A stretch of DNA of 62,650 nt, counting the filler, from Stramenopiles sp. TOSAG23-2 (lineage: Eukaryota), in assembly GCA_900128395.1 (NCBI GenBank). It is 3 parts of 3 records of this genome, joined end to end, with 100 filler letters (N's around TTAATTAATTAA, not from the genome) between each part and the next. Parts side by side here need not be neighbours in the genome. Positions count along the whole stretch, not along the records: positions 20,930 to 41,754 come from LT649550.1; 2 more parts are not named here. One strand, given 5' to 3'. A model generated the notes under the pieces. The model did no database searches. It was not told where the DNA came from and saw only the letters and a list, made by a program, of their open reading frames with translations. Made by a program: the position numbers and the translations under genes. Position 1 is the first letter of the stretch. Each line of letters opens with the position of its first letter. Shown one piece after another: positions 21,835-33,032 of this stretch.

Positions 21835-23407
21835 TTAATAAAACTCGATCTTTTCTTCAATTGTTTCATCTGGACCGACCATGCCTGCATATCCTAATGC
21901 ATTCCCCCAACAAAATATTTTATGATCATAACGTAATGCACATGAATGTCGATGTCCAACATCGATTTGTAAAAATTGCCATTTTAAATTTCCATTGAAT
22001 TGAGCCATATTTGGTGCATCTATTTGACCATCACTATTATATCCCCAACATTGTAAACTACCACCGCTACCTTTTAATCCAATACGATCATGTGTATGAT
22101 CATTTTTCAATGCACATAAATGTTTCTCTCCAACACGTAAATTACGAAATGGCCCAGGACTTGTTAATGGTACACCTCTTGGTCGTTTTCCCCAACAATA
22201 CAAATTTTCATCATTCAATCCAATACCACATATATATGTAGGTCCTGCACATATATCAAAATATCAATACGAATATGAGTATCAAATGTTAGAACGAGTA
22301 AAAAAAATTAGGCACAATATATATACACAACAGATTGGGTAAGAGCCCTAACTATATATTTATTTATAAACATATTAATACTTACCAGCAGCTAAATCTT
22401 TAAATTTCATTGATGCACTTGGACGATCTTTTTCTTCAAATGTTGATGAAATAACACTTGCAGCAGCTAAATCTTTAAATTTCATTGATGCACTTGGACG
22501 ATCTTTTTCTATAATTGTTGATGAAATAACACTTGAACCAACATCAACTTCTGTTGTACCATACCAACAATCCATTGTCTTTGATCGTTCATTTTCTTTA
22601 CCATCACTATATCCACCATCACCTTTTACAATACCACATGCAAAATGTCTACCTATAGTAACTTTTTCATATGTACGTACAAATGGTTCTAATATGGAAT
22701 ATCCTTCCCGTGCTGGTGATAATTCACCATCAGGCACAACTACTGCCACAAATTTAGTAGGTTGTGGTGGTACCATATCATGTTTACCAAAGCAAATTAC
22801 ACTATTATTTTTCAACATCGTAGCACATGTATCATACGGACCAGCACTTACAGTATCGAATTCCATTCCAGTCAAATGAGATGGCACGATAGATGCATCG
22901 CCACGTCCCCAACATTTTAAAAAATTGGTACGTTTATCTAAACCACATATATGACGATAACCCATTGCTAAATCTTTATATTGTACTTCCATTTCATTTG
23001 GTGTAAAAATACTTTCTGCATCATCACCCCAACATTTTAAACGGCCTATATGTTATATTATGGTATTATATATTTAAAGAACTATGTTAGCATGTGTGTG
23101 TGTGTGTGTGTGATTATCATGAAAAATATGTATATATATATATATATCTTTTCTTGTATGGCCTATGATAAAGGGAAAAAAAAAAACAAAGAAAATACTT
23201 ACTTGTTGTTTTATGAATAGCACATGTAGCTGCTTTGGACGTTTGTACATAATTATATAATACATCATCTATTGGTGTTGATACCCATTTTATACAACGT
23301 TTCCTTACAGTATCTTCCTTTGTACATAATTCACTTGGTACATACGATTCTACTATTTGTATGATTACAAGTAACAAAAATATTGTTTGAATAATATGAT
23401 GAAACAT
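21835..23407 (-). CDS. Secreted RCC1/BLIP-II-like repeat protein, 3 exons (23407-23203, 23045-22386, 22244-21835)
   Basis: Signal peptide MFHHIIQTIFLLLVIIQIVES. GTAAGT donors at 23202 and 22385 and YAG acceptors at 23046 and 22245 join in frame (TTSRLKCWG; LAAGPTYICGI). Repeated G-x-x-H-x-C-[AG]-L...CWG motifs. Confidence 0.85.
22386..22535. repeat. Imperfect tandem duplication, 2 x 75 bp; a partial inverted third copy lies at 20930-20984
   Basis: SVISSTIIEKDRPSASMKFKDLAA versus SVISSTFEEKDRPSASMKFKDLAA. 20930-20984 is the reverse complement of ~22461-22515. Confidence 0.92.
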
Positions 23408-24338
23408 TATTATTATATATTATTCGATATTTAACTTTTTTATGTAGATAATTTTATAAAACAATCTATATATCAAGTCCCCAACAAAAACGAATGTTAT
23501 CATATACACGACGCAAAAATAAATTAACTGAATTGATTATTTTCCAAATAATAAAGTACTAATCGATGAATATGAATGATGAAAATATTACCATTCGTTC
23601 TACTATACTCCATCTTCTCCTGAATATATCTATTATATATCTATATATATCAACAATCAATTATTAGTAATACAATATATATTAGGATAACGGTGAGCTC
23701 CAGAGCTGGTATAAGCCTGGTAAGGTTATTGGCAAATTGATCACATTCTAGAATCATAGCCTCGAGGAACCAATTGGAAAAGAGAGTGGAGAAAAGCAGT
23801 GAAAGCTGGAAAGCAGGCGGCATCATCATCAATCATCAAATACAGTAATATAGGACGAAATATAATACTGTACCATTAGACTAGGCAGCTGCGTCTACCT
23901 TTGCCCTGCGCACCTGCGCCTCCCATTTCAGAGTCGTCGATCAAAATGTTAAGTGCTTAAATAATATGTGTGTCCATCGAAATATTTAAATATTTATGAA
24001 CATCCATTACACAACGGTACATCATGTAAAAATGGACGTGGTCGAATCTTTCAATTCTTCTTTATATATACTAACAAGTACAAATCACATCTACCTAACA
24101 AGAAGTAAACCATTAATAGACACACAAAAAATAGGCACAGCGGAAAATAACTACCAGTTTTAATAATATATATGTACATCAGATAGAATATAATGTTGGT
24201 CTTCACTACAATGTGGCAATAGAAGACAATTTATTACAGGAATCAAACAAACGTTATATATATACGTATATATATATATATATATTCTTTCATATTTGCC
24301 TTGTTTTATACAGGTTGTTGAACGATCGATATACATAT

Positions 24339-24375
<37 letters not shown>

Positions 24376-24571
24376 TTAACTAATATTTAGTGTGAATATA
24401 TTTATATATATATACTGTATATATAAATATAGACGACTCGGGACGACTGTTAACTAGCAATATATATACATTGTATATTGATTGGACGATAAAGACATTT
24501 TACTCAGTGTAGTATCTCTCCGTTTAGTTTAACGGAACTGGGCATATATATATATACACAAGCAAGCATAA

Positions 24572-24602
<31 letters not shown>

Positions 24603-24786
24603 AACGTTTATTGTGAGTTTTTATTTTATTTGCTGCAAATAATATTTTGACATTTTTGTTCTTGTTTGTCTAGAAAAAAAAAAGTTAATAAAAGAAAAGA
24701 AAAATTTTCGAATCACAATAAACAGCAACAACAACAATATCACAGTAATAGTAGTAAGAATAGTATTTTCAAAAATAAAAAAAGAA

Positions 24787-26112
24787 ATGGAATTACGTGT
24801 AGGTAAAAAATATAGATTAGGTCGTAAAATTGGTAGTGGCTCCTTTGGTGACATTTATTTAGGAACAAATGTTACAACTGGTGAAGAAGTCGCTATTAAA
24901 CTTGAAAGCGTGAAAACGAAACATCCACAACTAATATATGAATCAAAAATTTATAAATTGTTAGCAGGTGGTGTTGGAGTGCCGAACTTGCGTTGGTATG
25001 GCATTGAAGGGGACTATAATGTATTGGTTCTCGATTTATTAGGACCAAGTCTAGAAGACTTATTTAACTTTTGCCGTCGTAAATTTGGCGTGAAAACTGT
25101 ATTGATGATAGCAGAACAATTATTATCGCGGATTGAATATTTACATGGTAAACATTTCATTCATCGAGACATTAAACCAGATAATTTTCTAATCGGGCTT
25201 GGTCGTAAAGCGCATGTAATACATGTAATTGATTTTGGTTTAGCAAAACGTTATCGTGATCCACGCACGCATCAACATATACCGTACAGAGAAGACAAGA
25301 ATTTAACAGGTACTGCACGTTATGCATCTATCAACACGCATATTGGTATTGAGCAATGTAGAAGGGATGATTTAGAATCGTTGGGCTTTGTATTGATGTA
25401 CTTTTTACGCGGTAGCTTGCCATGGCAAGGGTTGAAAGCAAATACGAAGAAACAAAAGTATGAAAAGATCATGGAGAAAAAAATGACCACACCAATTGAT
25501 ATGTTGTGTAAAGACTTTCCAAAACAATTTCAAACCTATTTTGAATATTGTCGTTCCTTGCGTTTTGAGGACAAACCAGATTATTCATATTTAAAACGTT
25601 TGTTCAAAGATTTATTTGCAAACAAAGGTATGGAAATGGATCATCAATTTGATTGGTGCGTTCATAACCGTAGCAATGGCGCGCCAAGTCGCGAGAATAT
25701 CGATGATAGTAAAAAAGCGCGACAACGCGAACGTTCAGAAAGAAGACAACGTGATAGTAACAATAATAATAACAACAATCACGATAATCGTAAAGTAGCG
25801 GCAGATGCAAATGAAATTAATCAACGCCGTCCATCTGGCCGTGGTCACGGAGATACACGTGATCGTCATCAATCATCGAGAAGGCATCGTGATAATGGCG
25901 TTTCTAGAGGGAAATCTGATTCAAGAGGTGGTGGAAGAAGAGGAGATCATGGTGGACAACGTCGTAGTAGTAGTGGGCAGCAACATACGGATCAAATGAA
26001 ATATCCTGCTCCACGTATATCTACTACACAAAAAAATGCTGGTGCACAAGGTGATCGTAGGTTAAGTAGTCGAAATAGTGGCAATGCTAGACAAGGATTA
26101 AATTACTTTTAA
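24787..26112 (+). CDS. CK1: Casein kinase I (delta/epsilon-like)
   Basis: [72 protein letters not shown]. Confidence 0.99.
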   Translation: MELRVGKKYRLGRKIGSGSFGDIYLGTNVTTGEEVAIKLESVKTKHPQLIYESKIYKLLAGGVGVPNLRWYGIEGDYNVLVLDLLGPSLEDLFNFCRRKFGVKTVLMIAEQLLSRIEYLHGKHFIHRDIKPDNFLIGLGRKAHVIHVIDFGLAKRYRDPRTHQHIPYREDKNLTGTARYASINTHIGIEQCRRDDLESLGFVLMYFLRGSLPWQGLKANTKKQKYEKIMEKKMTTPIDMLCKDFPKQFQTYFEYCRSLRFEDKPDYSYLKRLFKDLFANKGMEMDHQFDWCVHNRSNGAPSRENIDDSKKARQRERSERRQRDSNNNNNNNHDNRKVAADANEINQRRPSGRGHGDTRDRHQSSRRHRDNGVSRGKSDSRGGGRRGDHGGQRRSSSGQQHTDQMKYPAPRISTTQKNAGAQGDRRLSSRNSGNARQGLNYF

Positions 26113-26522
26113 AAAAAAAAAGAAAAAGAAAAATCCTGTGTGACAAATTGTATGATGTATACTTCTCGTATATATTATATAGTACTTCGTATAATTACGC
26201 ATATATATATTATATATATATCTTGGTGGTAATATGTTTGCGAGTGTGTGTGGGTGTACAAAGCATGATGCATATCATTACGTTTTTAAAATATTTTCTA
26301 TTTACTTCGTATGTACGAATAAATTGTTTTTAAAATCCAGGGGTAGAAAAAGTGTGTACATTTTAAAATATATTTTCTAGAGAGATAAAAAATTCTCTTA
26401 TATTTTTAATAATTATCATATCTCTCATTTTTACAATCATACTGTATATACCAATATACATTATATATAATAAATAAACCATCTCTCTTAATCTCCGCTT
26501 ATGTAAATCCCCCTCTCTGCGC

Positions 26523-28091
26523 TTAATATACATATGGTATGATTCTGTATGGCACTTTTTCACAATAATTTACCCAATCCTTTCCATATTTTGTAGAACA
26601 ATGATGATTATCACGTCGTTCACGATGTACTAATAAAATCCAAAAGTATATTGGATAGAAATATGGAAAGAGGCTGCCAAATCCGCATGGTAAACTGTAT
26701 GCCAATGCCATTGTAACATCACCTAAATAATTTGGATGTCTTGATAGACCCCACCAGCCACTATGTAACAATTTTGTTCCACGTTCCGTTTTAATAAATT
26801 TACTTTTTTCACCCCACGTAGTTTTTGTTGCACCAGTGCGAAAATTATGTTTTTGATTGTTACTTTCGCGAAAGATACGATAACCGAGGAAATGTAATGC
26901 AAAGATGCAAACACCTGGGATCAGACCGACGTCAACATCTGGATTAATATATAAATAAAATCCTTGCAATGTGTAGGAAAATGGTACCCATACTAAATCT
27001 CCCCAGCATAACATCCAACCGAATGGATCATGTTTAATATCCATTGTAGTTAAAATGCTTTGTTCTTGCCAGAAATAATCAAGAATGTAAAAAAATTGAA
27101 AGAAACATACTAATCCCATTGAATATGTTATACGACCATCTAACTCTTCGTATTGTTTCAATGCCATGCTAAAATTAAACATTACCCATAAGATCAAACC
27201 AGGTCTTGATTCGCAAAAGAATTTCAAATCGAACCATCCAACACGTGGATTTGTCGTGCTTCCCATGAAATAATCATACGGTACGCATCCAGTACAACGT
27301 TGGTTATTTAATCCACCATCAAATGCATTAAATTGACATAATGTGTACAATACCAATGCAAAAACCCAGGCAAACATATTTGCAGCACGAAAGATTTTTA
27401 TGTAACTTTCAACACCATCTTCAAAGATACTAGTAGGATCGAATAATTGATGGTTAAACGTGCCATGTAATTTATCTATGACACAAGCGCTAAATGCAAT
27501 TAACGTCACCATATATGCTCTGAAACCATTTAAATAATAATTCAATCGTGTTCCATTTGGTAACACCGTGCCTTTTTCATTTGCCCCTGGTAATACGAAA
27601 TGCAATAAAACTTGAAAAGCAAACCATGTTATGTAAATAGAGAATGAATACTGTGCAAGGTCTGTTGTTAAAAACGTTCCAAAGCCGAGCCATTCCACTG
27701 GATTATCCATTAATGGTTGCAAGGAATCTTGAACGCTGCTTTTCTTGGTTATTGAAGTCAACATCCAATAGTTGACTGCAGGTAAGCTCCACATAGTAAT
27801 CCATGCTCCAATCGGGCCGCCAAATTCCCAATGTACAGTTTTATTTTCGGAGGAAGATGCTTTTGTTGCTACTTTTTTGGATCTTGATTTCGATTTCGAC
27901 CTTCTTGATGATTTTTTTGGTGTCTCGGCTGCCAAAGCAAATGCTTGTTTAAGAGTAAGACTTTCATCTTCGACAAGTTTTTTTAAATCTGAAGGTAACT
28001 TAGAAATATCATTTTTTGCATCATTATCTTTAATACGTGAACTACGTCTTTTGCCACTAGGTGTTTTTGAAGTTGCTTTTTTGCGTGCCAT
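26523..28091 (-). CDS. ERG24: Sterol reductase of the ERG4/ERG24 family, most like delta(14)-sterol reductase (ERG24/TM7SF2/LBR)
   Basis: EFGGPIGA, NPRVGWFDLKFFCESRPGLILW, ILTTMDIKHDPFGWMLCWGDLVWVPFSYTLQ, LLHSGWWGLSRHPNYLGD, HRERRDNHHCSTKYGKDW..YCEKVPYRIIPYVY. Confidence 0.92.
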   Translation of the reverse strand: MARKKATSKTPSGKRRSSRIKDNDAKNDISKLPSDLKKLVEDESLTLKQAFALAAETPKKSSRRSKSKSRSKKVATKASSSENKTVHWEFGGPIGAWITMWSLPAVNYWMLTSITKKSSVQDSLQPLMDNPVEWLGFGTFLTTDLAQYSFSIYITWFAFQVLLHFVLPGANEKGTVLPNGTRLNYYLNGFRAYMVTLIAFSACVIDKLHGTFNHQLFDPTSIFEDGVESYIKIFRAANMFAWVFALVLYTLCQFNAFDGGLNNQRCTGCVPYDYFMGSTTNPRVGWFDLKFFCESRPGLILWVMFNFSMALKQYEELDGRITYSMGLVCFFQFFYILDYFWQEQSILTTMDIKHDPFGWMLCWGDLVWVPFSYTLQGFYLYINPDVDVGLIPGVCIFALHFLGYRIFRESNNQKHNFRTGATKTTWGEKSKFIKTERGTKLLHSGWWGLSRHPNYLGDVTMALAYSLPCGFGSLFPYFYPIYFWILLVHRERRDNHHCSTKYGKDWVNYCEKVPYRIIPYVY

Positions 28092-28107
28092 AATATAACG
28101 ATATATA

Positions 28108-28138
<31 letters not shown>

Positions 28139-28595
28139 CTATATATAACTAGTTGTTTTCGTTATTGGAAATTTGTTATCTTCTTTTAAACTTGTATTAT
28201 CATGTATATGATTCATTCATCATTCAAATTTGTTGTTTGGTTTGGCAACTTTTTTGTTGTTGGTGGGTTTTTTTCCCTCCATAGTGCTGTGCTGTAGTGT
28301 GTTGGAGTTCCAGAGTGCCAGAGTGCCATGGTACTGTAATAGAACAGAGAGTTATCTCTCTCTGTGATAGATTGAGTTGGGATAATCTAAACTTTCACAC
28401 CACCACACGCACACACACCGCTGATTCCACTGAGAGATGATGGCACACAGTCTTCTTCTTCTTCACGAAAATAAATATCTTTTGTATACAGCACATGTGG
28501 ATAAAGGACTGATGCATGATATATTAAAAACAACAACACAAAGAAACAGAATTTTTTAACATATAGACGACGCTGTTAAAAATAATAAATAAAAT
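28092..28595. promoter_or_regulatory. Probable bidirectional promoter between the two sterol-enzyme genes
   Basis: 504-bp divergent intergenic region with TACTGTA (28332-28338), a central 8-bp-stem hairpin (28344-28365) and TCACACCAC (28395-28403). Confidence 0.45.
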
Positions 28596-29891
28596 ATGAA
28601 AGCATGTTGCAAATCGATGATGAAAATCATCGTATTATTTATTTTACCAATTATAATATATTTTCAAGTCATGAAACCATATATACCAACTGGACCAACG
28701 AAACATTCACCGAAATATTTAAACTTAGTTCAACATCTACGCGATGAGAATCCAATACCATCCATAGAAAAACATTCGTTTCTAGTTATTGGTGGGACTG
28801 GGTTTACAGGGGGCGTAATAGTGGATGATTTATTGGCTAGAAATGCAAAATTCATTCGTGTTATCTCTCGTAATTATCCAAAACAATCCAAACGTAAAGT
28901 TGGAGTAGAATATTTTAAAGGATCAATAACAGATTTAAAAGCATTAAAAATGGCTATGAAAGATATTACGATTGTTTATCATACAGCTGCAGCATATGGA
29001 AATCCACCACATGGACGTTTTGGCGTATATAAAGAAAGCCCACCATATAAAGTAAATGTTGGTGGTATGAAAAATATCATCGAAGCATGTGAAGATGACA
29101 GTAATTCAGTGGAATTACTAGTATATACAAGTAGTATGCATACAACTTTTATTCCTGGTTTAAATCAATACGATGTTGATGGGTACACGGTGAAATACAA
29201 TGAAAATCATCATGATTTTTATTCTAAATCTAAAATTGAAGCTGAAAAATTATGTTTGAGTCATGATAATCCGGGTGGTAAATTACGTACAATTGCATTG
29301 AGACCAAGTGGTATTTATGGACCGCAGGAAAATTATTTTATACCAAAGATAATCAATATGTTTTATATATATGGTAAATATGTTCCTGTGTATTTTGATA
29401 AAGATGAAATTTTTGAATTTACATTTGTTTACAATATTGCATGGGGACATGATTTAGCAGTTGCTGCATTGGATAAATTGCATGTTGGTGATGAAGAAGA
29501 TGTTGGTGAAAAAAACGCGCCATTTGGCCAAGCATTTTATTTAACTGATCAGGAACGTGTAAATTCTGCAGCATTTGAATTTGCGCGTCCATTATTAAAT
29601 GGTTTAGGTATTACATTAAATCCAATGATCCAAATCCCGCCATCATTAATGATTGCTTCATCGTATTATATTGAATATTTAATGTTTTCAATACGTGAAA
29701 TGACAAATGGTATGATTAATATGAAACCATTGATGACTGAAAGTGAAGCGTTGACGTTGTTAACAAGTTATACAATTGATCCAAAACATAGTGAAGAAGT
29801 ATTAGGGTATAAGCCACTATTTAATTGGACACTTGGAATGGAATGGACAACGGAAGAATATGTACGACGATATAAAGAAGAGGAAAGTTAA
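28596..29891 (+). CDS. 3-beta-hydroxysteroid dehydrogenase family SDR (NSDHL/ERG26 or SDR42E1-like) with N-terminal membrane anchor
   Basis: Rossmann GGTGFTG, VYHTAA, VNVGGMKNIIEAC, LVYTSS, catalytic YSKSK, TIALRPSGIYGP, GQAFYLTD, LGYKPLF. Confidence 0.9.
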   Translation: MKACCKSMMKIIVLFILPIIIYFQVMKPYIPTGPTKHSPKYLNLVQHLRDENPIPSIEKHSFLVIGGTGFTGGVIVDDLLARNAKFIRVISRNYPKQSKRKVGVEYFKGSITDLKALKMAMKDITIVYHTAAAYGNPPHGRFGVYKESPPYKVNVGGMKNIIEACEDDSNSVELLVYTSSMHTTFIPGLNQYDVDGYTVKYNENHHDFYSKSKIEAEKLCLSHDNPGGKLRTIALRPSGIYGPQENYFIPKIINMFYIYGKYVPVYFDKDEIFEFTFVYNIAWGHDLAVAALDKLHVGDEEDVGEKNAPFGQAFYLTDQERVNSAAFEFARPLLNGLGITLNPMIQIPPSLMIASSYYIEYLMFSIREMTNGMINMKPLMTESEALTLLTSYTIDPKHSEEVLGYKPLFNWTLGMEWTTEEYVRRYKEEES

Positions 29892-30215
29892 TAAAAAGAT
29901 TATAATATATTTTATATTTGGTTAAAATCTAAGTTATATATTATTTAAAATAACATGAGAACATTTTCGTAACACATCACATGTCTTTTTACTAACACGG
30001 AAAAACAACGACACAGAAATTGGAGTTAGGGCGAGAGGAGATGTGAAGAAATTATTATAATAATATACTCGTAACTATATTTGCACCGTGTGTGTGTAAT
30101 ATGATAAAATCTACGTCGTATATTTTGTAAAATATAGTGTCGCCGTTCATTTTTTAATTTTTTTATTACGCTCGTAAATAAGAAAAGAGATTTATATAAA
30201 AAATATAAATTCTTT

Positions 30216-30386
30216 CTGGAGAGTAGGAATTATCATGAGTAAATTAAAAAATAAATTATGCATTAATTAAATTATATATAATATCATATCAAAATATTTT
30301 ATGCATACTGGCATACAAAAAAAAATACGACTGGAGAGTAGGAATTATCATGAGTAAATTAAAAAATAAATTATGCATTAATTAAA
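30216..30386 (-). repeat. Two identical 56-bp copies (30216-30271, 30331-30386) of the dispersed repeat
   Basis: CTGGAGAGTAGGAATTATCATGAGTAAATTAAAAAATAAATTATGCATTAATTAAA occurs twice, 59 bp apart; it is the reverse complement of the core at 7054 and 41861. Confidence 0.92.
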
Positions 30387-30412
30387 AATAAAAAATATAT
30401 ATACGCGTCGTA

Positions 30413-30631
30413 TTATATATAAAAATATATTTTAGTCCACGGTATATCTTCTTCCGGTATTCCTTTTGGTTTTTCCCATCGTTGCTGTTCACTAATTACA
30501 TTGTAATAACAGACCCGCTTTGTATTTTTATCAATGAATGCTATCCAATTAGATGGATTGGATGAGGATGATTGCTGCTTCTCTATTTTTTCTTCATCAT
30601 TTTCATCCGGTTCAATATTGAAGACGTTCAT
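30413..30631 (-). CDS. Small WW-domain protein (72 aa), or terminal exon of a larger gene
   Basis: NWIAFIDKNTKRVCYYNVISEQQRWEKP fits the WW consensus. ATG in A-rich context with an in-frame stop just upstream. Confidence 0.6.
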   Translation of the reverse strand: MNVFNIEPDENDEEKIEKQQSSSSNPSNWIAFIDKNTKRVCYYNVISEQQRWEKPKGIPEEDIPWTKIYFYI

Positions 30632-31134
30632 TGTATTTGTTAATGATTATTGATGATAAGTGGAGGAAAAGATGTTGTTGTTGTTGTTGGTTGGTTCTGA
30701 ATTCCTCTTGCATCTATATTATATAAAAGTTTTGTACAACCGTTTATTTCCTGTACGAGTTCGTAATGTGCTTAATAATAATTATTTTTAAAAAATATTA
30801 CAAGTAAGTATTTTGAACACATCAAAAGTTTTTTTTTTTTTTTGAAACATGACCAGTTTTCGGCCTCCATGAAAACAACAAACGTGCAAACGAAAAGCAA
30901 AAAAATCCTCTGCAACCTCCTCTCTCAATTTTAATTTTATATGATTTAATAGAGAAGCATTAAAATAAAAGTGGTACAATTAATAAAGATTTGATCACTT
31001 GATTTACAACTAAAATTAAATTTTAAAATATTATCGGGGGAGAACTTTCATTTCTCTTTACACCACAAACAATCCGTGTAACGCATTATTATACGTCATA
31101 CGGTACACAAAATTATACACCCCGCACTAAGTTT

Positions 31135-32684
31135 TTACACACTACCACCATTTCCATCGATCCTTTTCGCTGCTTCTTCTTCCATTTGTTTATCCTCATA
31201 TTTTGCCGCTTCACGTCCTAAATAAAAAGGTATTTGCGAAAAAATTGTTAGGAATGCACCGACATACAATGGCAATTTATTATCACGATTATATAAATAT
31301 CCCCATAATTGTGGTGCTATAATGTAAATCAATACATTAATATTATCCAAACTTGCTGAACATTCACCTTTACCCATACCGCTTTGTATTCCACGTTCCA
31401 TGCAATATGAATCAACAACAACTGCATTTTGACTCCCTGCAATAAATGGTACAATTGATAAGAAATAGATCCAATATGACGATGTACTTTTATCTCTTGC
31501 AAATGTTCGCATCAAAAACATCAATGCTGTCATTGCATTGCATAAAAGTACAAATGCATTTTCACCGAGCAATGGAAGGAACTTTGATGTAAATCTAGAA
31601 CCAAGCATATTTGCAAATCCTTCACACATAAGTGATCTACTATTTGTTAATGCAGTAAATTCCAATATTTGTTGGACTTGATAATTCAATACACTCCACA
31701 TGGATTTTATTGGAGAAGTCATTTTTTGCCTGTTATATTACAAAAAAAGAAAATAAATTGCGTGTTAGTTTATATATATGATTGTAAAAAGTACATATCA
31801 TGGCAAAAAATAAAATCTACTTACAATGCTTGTGCAATTGAAAAATAAGCTAAAGAACGTGAACGCGTAAACAGTGATAAAAATGATAATGGATTAGATA
31901 ATGTCAGTTTTTTCTTTTTCTTTTTCTTTTTCTTCTTGTTGCTATTATTATTAACTTGTTTATCTTTTGATGTTTCATATGTCAATTCATTTGATTTTTG
32001 TTGTTGTTGTTTATTACTATTAAGAACATCTTCATTTGTTTCGTCTAAAAGTAAAGCTAATATACTGGCACTACCAATACAGCAGATAATACGAAAAAGA
32101 AATGCACGTTGTACACTTCTACCAACCCATGGTGATAACAGAAGAGGCCCAACAATATAACCAATACCCATCGATGCTTGCAGATATGAGTGGGAAAGTG
32201 CTAATCTGGAACCTGTATATAAATCTGATAAACCTGCCATACGTGTTGCCATAAAACTACCATAGCACAATGCTTTTATATGACGAGCACCAACTACATA
32301 TGGATATGCAACTGCTGCACTTGCATAAGAGCTTGCATCTGATAAATACCAACAACATGCCATAATTAATTGTTGAAAAACTAATACAGGTTTGCGTCCA
32401 ACGTAGTCACTTAAATTTCCCATTAATGGACCACCAATGAAACATATAATTTGACTTGCTGAAGTTAAATTTGCTGTCATGGATACAACTTTCTTTGTAT
32501 CACCACCTGCCATATATAAATAATTTTGATAATTGGCACCTCCTGATTTATCAGCCAGCATTGCAGCAAATTGAAAAATATTACAAAACGCTAATGCAAA
32601 ATCAACTTTAGAAAAGTCTTTCATATTTAACATTTCTTTAGTTTTTTCCTCTTCTTCTTCTGGTTTACTTAATGTACTTGGCAT
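31135..32684 (-). CDS. MFS transporter (TetA/DHA1/MFSD14-like), 2 exons (32684-31825, 31729-31135)
   Basis: Motif A GNLSDYVGRKPVL, GIGYIVGPLL, many TM helices. GTAAGT donor at 31824 and CAG acceptor at 31730 give in-frame AQALQKMTSP. Confidence 0.88.
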
Positions 32685-33032
32685 GTTGTTGTGGTGTTTT
32701 TTTTCTTTAAATATTTATATTTTTCTTATATATGACATCATTCTATTACTAATATAAACAATATACATGTATCTATTTTTTTTACTGTATATGATGGTAA
32801 GACAGATGATGGTATAAATAAAGCAACTAAACACTTTTGCTATTGCATAATAACGACACTATTATTTCTTCCAGGTTTCCTGCTCTGGCTCTCTCTATTA
32901 TACACCGGTGATACTGTAGTGCTATTTGTATGCTATTATAGAAAAAATAAAATCACAAATATTTATTCTATTTATTTTAATTTACTCTAACTCCATTTAT
33001 TAATACGATACATTTTGATCAAATTATTCCCT

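Noticed and set aside
23576..23623. Box C (ATGATGA) and box D (CTGA) suggesting a snoRNA
   Set aside because: Only 48 nt, no terminal stem or recognisable rRNA guide; expected by chance in AT-rich DNA.
23680..23945. GC-richer island between the RCC1-like gene and CK1 as a possible ncRNA
   Set aside because: No recognisable tRNA, snRNA or rRNA motifs; its position fits a divergent promoter.
30216..30386. Repeat-spacer-repeat resembling a mini CRISPR array
   Set aside because: Only two 56-bp units, eukaryotic context, no cas genes, and the unit is dispersed elsewhere.
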